NCBI GenBank assembly: GCA_021613535.1
Contig: CP075497.1
Span: forward strand, 2,666,001-2,730,000
Origin: Adineta vaga
Lineage: Eukaryota > Animalia > Rotifera
Direction: 5' to 3'
Length of the DNA: 64,000 bases
This document shows, piece after piece, positions 41,505-53,200 of the stretch. Both the position numbers and the translations under genes were made by a program. The notes beneath the pieces are model-generated. The model worked only from the letters and a program-made list of their open reading frames with translations, was not told the DNA's origin and did not search any database. Positions within the stretch are counted from its first letter, which is position 1. Each line of letters opens with the position of its first letter.

Positions 41505-44073
41505 ATGAGGTTTTACTATAATCAAATAATACCAATCGTTTTTCTCATAGGTATTTCTTTTGCTTACGATTGTCCATCATCATTTCATATTCAAACAAAT
41601 GCAACTGATATTTCCTTTCAAATATCATCGACAATTCAAATAATTCTATCAAAACTTTCCTATAAATTAACTATTTTCGATTTATCTACTGAGAATATTT
41701 TACTACAAAGTAGCCGAGATATCTTCGCTGGATTATGGGAAGGTACCTATGAAACTATCTATTTTGGTTATATGTTTAGTGCTGGATTTGAAAAAGAACA
41801 TCGAACTATTGGTAATTTCAAGTCTTATTCTTGTTCTCTTACATCGAATTCAACAATTACATTTTCCTATCAAGATTTCGTGGAGAAAAATTCTATAGTT
41901 GGAGTGAAGATGGTAGTTGGTCATTTTTAAATTATTCCAGACGAATTCCTCAAGCGAATGCAAGTTGCATTCCAATGCCACTTTTTATTTCTAATCGCCA
42001 ATATTCTGTTTGGATAAATGAAAGTCGACGAGTTAATTTTGATCTTACTTCACCCAACGAATGGATTGTTACAACTGAATGGAATAGTACAAATATTCAA
42101 TTTTATTTTCCAACAAAAAATACGATTTTATCGAAATCATCAATGTCAAAACCATTTGAAAGATTTTATAATCTCTATCAGAAACAGAATCGAAAAATTA
42201 ATCCAGCATTTACTGCATTGATTCAAGCACGAGGTGAAACAACTCGAATTCCACCTCTATTTGCATTTGGTCCATGGAAACAAACAGGAAATGTCCTTCG
42301 AAATCAAACTGAAATCGATGTAGTACGACGAATGATTGAACGAGATATTCCAATAACAATCTGGATTGGTTTTCTACATTTCTTTCCAAGAGGAGCTCAA
42401 CAAGGTAAAACCATTCGTCCAAAAATTTATCCGCTCTTTTTTCTCTTTAAGGTCATGAAAATGATACTCTTCAAGAAAATCATATCTATAGAGATCAGGG
42501 TGTAACATCTTTATGCTATTTCAATACATATGTTTCAACATTATATAAAAAATTGTTTAATGAAGGTTTAGAAAAGAATTATTTTCTTAAAAATGATTCA
42601 AATCTTCCATATTTTGGTGATATCATAAGTCGTCATTTTTTTGTTGCTAGTGTGGATTTTAGTAATCCAAATGCGACACGGTGGTATCAAGAACAAGTTC
42701 AAGAAAGTATTGATTTAGGATTCAATGGATTTATGTTAGATTTTGGTGAATACACTCCTATCAATTCGATTTCAGCAAATGGAGAAAATGGTCATGAAAT
42801 GCATAATCATTTTATTGAACTTTATCAAAAAGCAATCTATGATATAACAATCAATTCAACAGCTATTTCACAATTACTTGCATTACATCCAAATGAAACG
42901 AATGATTTAAATCAAAACTATCAATCTGATTTTGTCTTTCAGACTCGTAGTGGTTTTACAAATAGTGCTCAATATACACAATTACATTGGACTGGTGATG
43001 CGAGTGCTGATTGGAATCCTTATTCAGGTTTACCTGCTCATGTTCAAGCATGTCTCAGTGTTGGAATCAGTGGTGTACCTTACTGTTCAAGTTCAATTGG
43101 TGGTTATGTTTGTGAGGTTTATCCCGATTTAACAGTTGAGTTATTAACACGTTGGTTACAAGTTGGAACATTTTCTGGTTTTATGCATGATGAAACCGAA
43201 GGATCAGGTTGTACACAAGAACGTGTACAAATCTTTACAAATAATCAAACAGAATATGTCTGGAGGAAATATGCAAAATTTCGAACTCAACTTTTTCCAT
43301 ATATTTTTACTAGTGTACACGAAGCACATGCAACTGGTCTTCCAATAACAAGACATCATTTATTGACATATTATGATGATGAAATAGCGATTCAACAAGA
43401 ATATCAATATACATTTGGAAATGATTTGTTAGTTGCACTAGTGATACAACAAAATCAAGTTACACAAAATGTTTATTTGGCATCAGATGAGAAATGGATT
43501 GATTTATCAACGAATCTTGTTTGTGATGATAGTACTGATGGTCGATATCAAATTGGTAGATCAGAAATAGTTCAAGGTGGTCAATGGAAAATGAATGTCA
43601 AAGCCGATCTACTCACCGTTCCATTATTTGCACGAGTTGGTTCAATTATTCCTCTTCTTGATCCTAGTGTTTTTACACTAAATCATGGTCAACCAATATC
43701 TATCTATGATCGTTCATATATTCTACATCTATGGATATTTCTTAATGAATTCAAAGAAGCGAATGGTCTTGTTTGGGATGGATTCAATATTCATATTAAT
43801 TCATGTAATTTAAATCAATCATTATGTATCGACATCGATGATCCATTACAACGATTACTAATCTTACAATTACCTTTTGATAAATCTGCACGTATAATAA
43901 CAGCTTCTGGTATGCAACCATTTGAGCGCGTAATGAATTGGCAGATTGTCACAAAAATTCTTCCAAAAGAACAATTACAAAATTGTTTTACATATGATGA
44001 AAGAAAACAAGTCATATGGATTGCAATTGTTCTTTTCCAACAATCATCATTTCATGGTCAAATTGATTTTTAA
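41505..44073 (+). pseudogene. Secreted GH31 glycosidase of bacterial type, interrupted by a frameshift at ~41876 (pseudogene allele or sequencing error)
   Basis: Signal peptide; PMPLFISNRQYSVWIN; PPLFAFGPW; VDFSNPNATRWY; nucleophile motif GFNGFMLDFGEYTP; MHN; TRSGF; acid/base WTGDASADW; ELLTRWLQVGTFSGFM; QYTFGNDLLVA. One intron ~42405-42451. The frame changes at caagatttcgtggag with no intron available. Confidence 0.8.
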
Positions 44074-44398
44074 AACGAAGAACTTTTATTATTTTATTGT
44101 TTTTTTTTCAATAAATATGACTAATCGCAACATATCGAATTTTCATATAACTTAAGATGTCACTGTTTCATCACTAATACCCTCGATATCAGAAGAATAC
44201 TACACTACTTATTTGTTAACCTGTTCTTCGAACAGAGTGATTCATTGAGTCTACACTTTATCATCATCATCATCATCAGTAAATATTGTTGATAACAATC
44301 AAGCAAAAAACGTAATATAAAACTGAGAACAAACCCCTCTTTTATGCACTGTGCATACATCGTGAAATTTTATTTTCAAAATTTAGACACTTTTCAAT

Positions 44399-45699
44399 AT
44401 GACATTTCATCAAGTTGATCATCCACTTTTGGTTATACCCGGCTCTATTGAAGTTAGTGATGATGTTTTATTTGCAAATGCATCTCCATCTCAATCGCAT
44501 ATGTCAAAAGGTTTTACGGAAACATTTGGAAATTCGATTAAAATGTTTCGACAAGTACTTGTTACTGAACGTGGACAACCAATTATAACAGCTGGAAGTG
44601 GTACACTTGGATGGGATATGATCGCATGTAATTTGACTGAACCTGGAGATGAAGTACTTGTCTTACATTCAGGATATTTCGGTCAAAGTTTTGCAGATTG
44701 TTTTGAAGCATATGGTGTGAAAGTAACACAACTAAAGGCATCTGTTGGACAATGTCCATCACGTGAAGAATTATCGGAAGCATTGAAATCAAAGAAATAT
44801 AAGATTGTTACTGTTACACATGTTGATACATCAACTGGTGTTCTCAGTGATCCACGAATGGTAACCGATGTCGTACGAGAAGTTAGTACGGATACATTAG
44901 TTGCACTTGATGGCGTATGTTCAGTTGGTAGTGAAGAAATTCGTATGGATGAATGGTCTCTTGATATTGTTATGTGTGCTAGTCAAAAAGGTTTAGGTGT
45001 TCCACCTGGATTATGTCTTGTATGTGTTAGCGAAAGAGCAATTCATGCTGTTGAAACACGAAAAAGTAAAATAAACTCCTACTTTGCGTCTTGGCTCAAT
45101 TGGTTACCAGGTAACTTTTTTCGTAGTTTTCGGGAAGTGAACCAATGAAGATTGTTGTTTTTATTATAGTAATGCGTGGTTATGAACAAGGTAAACCAGT
45201 CTATTTTGCTACACCTCCTGTTCAACTTATATGTGCTCTTCATACAAGTTTGAAAGCAATTACATCAAGACCTATTGAAGAACGTTGGACAAAACATAAA
45301 CAAGCAAGTACTGATTTCAAAGAATTTATTACCAATGAACTTGGATTAAAACAAGTAAGTGTCATATTGATTACTAAGAAAGAGAATTCGTTTTAAGTCA
45401 TCGATATCATTTAGGTTCCAAATGATTCATCCATTGCTGCGAATGGTATGACAGCTATTTATTTTCCAGATGGTATATCAGCATCCGATATCATTCCAAG
45501 ATTACTTGAACAAGGAATAATTGTTGCCGGTGGTCTTCATAAAGATATTAAAGATAAATATTTTCGAGTTGGACATATGGGTATTAGTGTTACGGATACA
45601 ACAACACGTCATGATCTTGAAAAAGTTAAAGAAGCAATAAGAAATGCATTCAAAGCAGCTGGTTATGTTAATCCAAACACGAAGACAACTGCAAATTGA
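44399..45699 (+). CDS. Alanine-glyoxylate aminotransferase, class V PLP enzyme of fungal Agx1 type, 3 exons
   Basis: LLVIPGSIEVSDDVL; GSGTLGWDM; LHSGYFGQSFADC; TVTHVDTSTGVL; DGVCSVGSEEIRMDEW; PLP lysine in ASQKG; YFATPPVQLI; VAGGLHKDIKDKYFRVGHMG. Confidence 0.92.
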
Positions 45700-46320
45700 T
45701 TGACATTAGTTTGATTTTAGTAGACAGTTCTTTTTAGTTTTTATGTAACGACAAAATACATGATTCGAATGCGTCATTATCATGACAATCATAGATGAAA
45801 TTTCGAAATAATTAACAATTAGGGAATTTTTATGAGATATTTCACGATTTGTCTAGTATATCTAGAGAAATTCGTATTCTAGTCAATAATACCCGATGAA
45901 ACATATCGTGGTAGAAGGTTTTGATGATGCGTCATAAAAATAGAATATGAAAATATATTTCTATCGTTTAATAGAGAAAAACCTATTAAGCATTTTCTCC
46001 ATCCGAAATATTATAGAACAGGAACGAAAAACATATCTGATTCCAAAAAGAAAATAAGTACAGAGAACAGAGTAAGAATGTCATTCTCTTCTTTTTTAGG
46101 TCTGCCATATCTCAAGAAAACAGAATGAAAAGAAAATAACAACAGTGGACGTTCGACTGATGTTAATGATATGATAAATAGCTACTAGTTGTAAAAGAAC
46201 AGCGTATGAAAGTTTTTTTTGTTGTTGAAAAAGAAACCTGATAAAACAATTTTGTTTTCGTTTATTTCTTCTTTTCTAATTTATAATTGTTACTAATCTA
46301 GATATTCTTCAGTAAAATAA

Positions 46321-46548
46321 ATGGACAACAAAAATCGTAAGTACTTAGTTTTATATAATCCATCTGACTGTTTGACAAGGATTTTTCTAGCTACACCTAA
46401 ACCTACATCGGAACTACCTCAGCTTGATGATGTAAATGCTGCAAAATTGAATGCACTCTACAGTAATATGGCATTACCTACCTCTACATCATCGAGTAAT
46501 AGTACACAGAACAGCAAGATTGATGATGCAAATTGTAACATCAGATGA
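46321..46548 (+). CDS. Putative small Ser/Thr/Asn-rich peptide (57 aa spliced, 75 aa if the intron is retained)
   Basis: ATG..AATC|GTAAGT...TTCTAG|CT: a 54-nt canonical intron (46337-46390) that preserves frame; AATAAA at ~46632. Confidence 0.4.
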   Translation: MDNKNRKYLVLYNPSDCLTRIFLATPKPTSELPQLDDVNAAKLNALYSNMALPTSTSSSNSTQNSKIDDANCNIR

Positions 46549-47252
46549 ATACCATTTGATATTCTCCGTTACAAAAATAACAGCAATGAAGTATTCATTA
46601 ATTATTTGTATTCATTATTTTCTCTTATCGAATAAACACAAATATTTCTACAATTAATTGATGAATTCACAGATGTAACAAAATAATCAAAAATAGGATT
46701 GATGCTCAAACTGAAGAATTTCAAAGCCTGCACATACTTCATCCATCATTATGAAGATAATCCATATTTTTTAGATTCTCTCACGAATCAATTTCTCGTA
46801 ACATTCATCTTCGTAATGGCAATGATAGATAACGAATCTATTAATACTATTAGAAAAAAAGCCAATCAAGATATTCGTGATGAATCTAATAGAATTAATT
46901 TTTTTTATTATTATTTCTTTACATAAAAACGGAATAATGAAAATAAGGCCTTCGATTGAAAAATTTCGTAAAGCCAGTCACACATGCACACTGTGCTAAT
47001 TGTTGTTCTACGATGATGTATGTTCTAAAATGAAAAATAATACATTGATTTTCTGCATATAGATAAAAGATAGCTGAGAATCATTGAAAAAGTATCGAAA
47101 ATGATTCGATACATGTGTATGATCGACAAAAGAAAAAAGAAAACAAATTGATAATCATGGCGAAATAGTAATACAATAACATCACATACATTTGAAACAT
47201 ATGCAGAAGAAAAAAACATAAGATTATATACGAGCTAATCATTTATTTACTC

Positions 47253-50200
47253 TTAATTTTTGTTCAGTTGTTCATCACCTGTTATCACTTTATCTTGCTC
47301 TACATTCTCCTCTTTTTCGTGAACTGAATTATTATCATCATCATCATCTGTAAAATATTTCAAGAATAATAATGAATTATCAAAAGAAAAACTATTTCTC
47401 ATCAAACGGCGAAAAAGAATTGACAAAACTAATTCTTACATTTTAATTGTCCAGGTTTCTTATCTGGTTCAAGATCAAGAGATATTCTCTTGTCACCTTC
47501 ACCTGCATCCAACCAACGATCAACAGGGAATCTACATAAGACAATCGAATTTATTTCTATTGATTTCATAAATGAATGACTAACTTGTAAGTTTCGTTGC
47601 GTGAAACATGACGAATTTCAATTGAATCTACATACCAACCAGCACCAATTCCACTACCATCATGTTCAAGTCGAATACTCGTAATCTGAAAGTCATAGAA
47701 CGAATAAATTAGTATCTATTTTTAAGTTAATATGTTTTTACCTTTCCAACATCAGATGCGTTAATTTTAAACTGATCTGTAGCGCCGGATTCAAAGAGAT
47801 TTCGACTTTTATCCACTGGTTCTTTCAATTGATTTCGTTCAACTTTGTTTTGTTCACCAGTTATACCCAAGTATACATTTGCATCTATTTTACGGAAAAA
47901 TAATCAAACATTGTTGGCAATAAAATCGTTCATGAATTAAAATTACCAGTTCCTGCTCCACGTTTCTTTGCTGTTTTCACCGTAACTTCATATTCTACTG
48001 TGTTGTCCGTTTTCTTATTATCTAAATGATGTGATAAACGATATAAACGAATTCGTTTGATAAAAGAAGATAGAGCACAACGACGATGACTTTTACAAGG
48101 AAATCAAAGTAGATACGAGCAAAAGAAAACAACTACGAGAACAGCACGAAATATAAGTGTTTTAACTAACCCTCATTATCGAAAAAGTTATCATGTTGAA
48201 CTTTTTCTTCATCGGTATTTTCTCCTTTTGATACATACATATATATATATATTTTATGTGTTAGAAACAATATTTAAAGACAAAAAAGTGTCTAATTACC
48301 GGATGCCATTTTAGCTGCAGGTTTCTTATTGGGTTCTAGTTCAAGACTAATGCGTTTATCACCTTCGTTTACATCAAGCCATCGCTCAACAGGAAATCTA
48401 AAACAATCAAATAATAAAATCCCACCCATTGAATTCTTATTCATACTTGATAGTATTGTTGTTATAGTTTACTTCGACATAATCACAATACCATCCAGAA
48501 CCCATACCAGTACCATCATGTTCAATAATAATAGTTTTTAACTGAAAACAAAAGTATAAATTTCATTTATAAACAATCAAATGAGACAGTCATTTACTTG
48601 GCCGACATCGATGTGATCGAAAATAAATTCGTCTCTAGCATTGTTTTCAAATGGATCCGATCCAGCTTCAGCTTTTGCCAAGTGTAGTCGAACAATCTTA
48701 TTCTTATCACCATTGAGAGTAAGATAAACATTTGCATCCGTACCTGATCCTATCTTCGAACCTGTTTTCGTAACAACTGTATATTTAGTTTCTAAAATAG
48801 AATAAGATTTATATTAAAAAACAAATTGATTGAATTTAATAAATATATCTACTTTTATTGGCATCAGATGATGGTTGATTAGCTGTAGTCGTTGCTTGTG
48901 TAGGTTCTTGGAAAAAGAAAGATAATTTTTAGTTTTACAATGAAATAATTTATTGATAATATTCGTACCGTTTTTAGATGCGTTTGAAACTTCTTTCGTT
49001 GGTTTCTGAGTTGTCGATGCATTCGTTGTTGAACTTTCTAAAACACACAATCAATAAATATTATGTGAACACTTTCGTAGTAAGTTTAAATAGATTTTGT
49101 TACCATTCGATTGTGTTGGTTTGCTATCTGGGTCGAGATCGAGTGAAATTCTCTTGTCACCTTCGCCGGAATCTAACCAACGATCAATGGAGAATCTAAA
49201 AAAAGAGCAAATCTTCAAATCAATTTACTTCGATTTCGATGAAATACTTACGTATAGGTTTCGTTACGTGAAATATGACGAATTTCAATTGAATCGGCGT
49301 ACCATCCTGAACCAATTCCAGTTCCATCATGTTCAATACGAATAGTTTTGATCTATAAAGTATGCAATCTTTCTTTCTGACTAATTTTTTCTCTGATTCT
49401 TTTACTTTGCCAACATCAGGCGCATGGATTTTAAAACGATTTGTTGCACCTGATTCAAAAAGATTTCGACTACGTTCGATCGATTCTTTCAGTTGATGTC
49501 GTTCCGTTTTGGTCTTATCACCAAACATACCCAAGTATACATTGGCATCTATTTAATTATAAAATTCCAACTTCTTCTGATAAAGTAAAATCTAAATCTA
49601 AATTACCAGTGCCAGCTCCTTTCTTCTTCGCTGTTTTTACTGTCACTTCATAGTCGACAGCATTTGCTGCATTTGAATCATCTAAATATGAATTTTACAA
49701 CGATTATACAAGAAGAACAGCTCAGCGAATAGCATGCACATGCATTGTATCGATCAATAAGCGAAAGCATACGATAAAAAGAAAACTACGATTACATCAT
49801 GGAGCATATCTATTCAACTAACCCTCATCATCAAAAAAGTCATCATATTCATTTTTGTCTTCTGCAGAAGATGATTCCTTTTCATTTTCGTCATTCGATG
49901 AAGTAGAAGTACGTTTTCCTTTTTAGTTAGTATAAATTGTTTTAGATCAATTGCAATATTTAAATCTGTAATTACCTGTTGAAATATTAGCTACAGGTTT
50001 CTTGTTTGGTTCAAGTTCTAAACTAATACGTTTGTCACCTTCATCTGTATCGAGCCAACGTCCAACAGGAAATCTAAAGTAACAGAATAACAAACTATTG
50101 ATATGAATTCATCATCCATACTTGACAGTATTGCCATTGTATTTCACTTCGACAGAATCACAGAACCAACCAGAAGCCATTCCTGTATTATCATGTTCAA

Positions 50201-53200
50201 GAACGATAGATTTCAACTAGAATTAGCAATAGGGTTAGTATGAAAATGTAAAAGGTCAAGAAACTTACTTGGCCGACATCGACATCTTCGAATTTAAAGT
50301 CATCTTTTGAACCTTTTTCAAATGGATTTCGACCAGATTCTGATTTTTGTAATTGTTGTCGAACAATTCGTTGTTTGTCTCCATTAAGAGTAATAAATAC
50401 ATTAGCATCAGTACCCGATCCCAAGGCTGAGCCAGTTTTGACATTAATTAAATACTGAGTTGCTAGATAATGAAAAAAAATTAAAACTTTCTATTTTCGA
50501 TCAAGATCGAATAAAATGCATTACGTTTGTTCGATGCCGATTGTTCTTCAGCTTTCGTTGTTTTTTTGTTTGCGTCAGTCGTACTTCCGACTTCAGATCC
50601 TTTTGGATCTTTCGTTGTTTTTTGATATGCTAGAGTATCTGGTGATTTACTATCTGAAAAAGAAATCAAATTTCATTTTCATTGTCTATTTTCTAATTGT
50701 TAGTGTCTGTTAACCTTTCAATTGTCCAGGTTTCTTATCTGGTTCAAGATCAAGAGATATTCTCTTGTCACCTTCACCTGCATCCAACCAACGATCAACA
50801 GGGAATCTACATAAGACAATCGAATTTATTTCTATTGATTTCATAAATGAATGACTAACTTGTAAGTTTCGTTGCGTGAAACATGATGAATTTCGATTGA
50901 ATCTGCATACCAACCAGCACCTAATCCCGTTGCATCATGTTCAATTCGAATTGTTTTAATCTAAAATAAATATGAAAACATGTCGAAATCGATTGATAAC
51001 TTCATTGTCTTACTTTTCCAACATCAGGTGCATGGATTTTAAAACGATCTGTTGCACCTGATTCAAATCGATTAAGTGTACGATCCATTGTTTCTTTCAA
51101 TTCATGACGTTCTGTCTTGGTCTTGTCACCGAACATACTCAAGAATACATTCGCATCTATGTTATTGAGAATTTATAAAAAATATTTTCTTCCTAAATGA
51201 TCATTGGATGAACTTACCAGTTCCTGCTCCTCGTTTATCGGCAGTCTTTACAGTTACTTCATAATCGACAGCATTTGGTGCATTTGAATCATCTAAATAT
51301 TTCACAACGAATGTAATTACTAAATAGTTTATTCATTTAATTGAAAGCACATCAAAGGTTTCACATTGACAAGCAAAAGCATGCTATAAAGCAAAAGCGA
51401 CATTAGCGATCCGAAGGGTGACTAGCTAACGAACCATCATCATCATCGAAAAAGTCATCATATTCGACTTTTTCCGGAGACGATGGTCTCGCTTTATTTT
51501 CATCATTCGATGAATTAGAAGTATCTTGTTTTTCTTGATTACTTTCTATTTCTGATGTATGTGAAAAAGAATCATTCATTATAAAAGAAATTTTCAATAA
51601 TTCAATTCAATATTTACCTGTTGAGGTTTTTGATGTTGGTTTCTTATTTGGTTCCAATTCGAGACTAATGCGTTTGTCACCTTCATCTGTATCGAGCCAA
51701 CGTCCAACAGGAAATCTAAAGTAACAGAATAACAAACTATTGATATGAATTCATCATCCATACTTGACAGTATTGCCATTGTATTTCACTTCTACAGCAT
51801 CTAAATACCATCCAGATGCCGTACCAGAATTATCATGTTCAATAACAATAGTTTTTAACTAAAAAATAAATGATGATATTTTGCTAACAAAACTTTAGTA
51901 AAACTCACTTGACCAACATCGACATCCTCGAATTTAAAGTCATCTTTTGAACCTTTTTCAAATGGATTTCGACCAGATTCTGATTTTTGTAATTGTTGTC
52001 GAGCAATTCGTTGTTTATTACCATTCAGAGTAATAAATACATTAGCATCAGTGCCTGATCCAAAGGCTGAACCAGTTTTAGTAGTGACTGTATATTGAAC
52101 TTTCTTCGAACTTTGAGATGCTGGCCGTGGTGCTGAAAGTTGTCTTTGAGTGGTTTTCGATTTGCCTTCTAAAATAACACACAGAATAAATCAAACATAT
52201 TTATTTGTTATTTCAACTTACTCTTCTTATCCTTTCGTGTATCAAATGGAAATTCCACGATTGCTGAAAGAAATTTATTCCAATAAATCTTCATCTTATT
52301 ATTCAATTTGTTCACTTACATCCTTCAGGATACAAGTCAATAACACTTGTCATAGAATCAATCGATTCAGCCAAAAGAAATCTATTACATAAGTCAAATA
52401 AAATTTCATACAAAGAAAAATGTTTCTCCATACTTTTGTTTGGTTTTTCGTTTACTATCGGTAATTTCAATTGAATCCAATGGCCATGATTCAATTTTAC
52501 TGCATGTCAATGCCAATTTTGTTAACTAATTAAAAAACTCAAAAAATCATTTCAAATTGTTTCAAAATTTAATTCATACTTTTCCAGCATCAAATGCTTT
52601 CTTTTTCAATGTTGTTGACAATCCATCATATTTCTTTGGATCATTTTCATTACCACGTAAATCAATTAAACCTGAACTTCCATTATCACCAAAGACTGTT
52701 AATTTAACAGAACTTTGATCATCATCTCCATATTCAATCGATTCATCACTAGTCACCTTAATATCATAAGTTGTTTCTAGAAAAAAAAGAGCAAAAATAT
52801 TTTCTAAAGAAAACGAACAAAAGTTTGATTCACAAAAATACCTGCACGATCCGGTGGAGCTATGAGATGGAAAGGCAAAAGAAGAAAAAAATGATATCTA
52901 TGAAGAAGCTTATTAGCTTAACTTACAATCAGCTGCTCCTTTAGCGATTTGATCTCGAACATCTTTCAATGCACGTTCGATCGCTCGTTCAGCAGCCATA
53001 TCATCTAAATAATCAAATGAATATTTTAACTTTTGCATCGAAAATTTTCAGAAAACAACGAGAAAAACATTCGTCATGCAATAGAATGAAGACATTCAAC
53101 AAATATCATGCATTTCTTTTCAAGATATAAACTATCTCACTTGGTGAATCTTTTATTTCTAAATAGTTTTTAATCGCATTAAAACAATCTTTCTTGGAAA

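Noticed and set aside
42700-43100. Specific call as sulfoquinovosidase (yihQ)
   Set aside because: The DFGEY motif is similar, but I cannot confirm the sulfonate-binding residues; substrate left open.
46534-46548. C-terminal CNIR as a CaaX prenylation signal
   Set aside because: Terminal Arg and Asn at a1 fit the consensus poorly.
47253-52780. A separate LOXHD1 gene
   Set aside because: No own start is evident, and exons splice in frame from TTC25; only seven PLATs. It remains possible until cDNA is seen.
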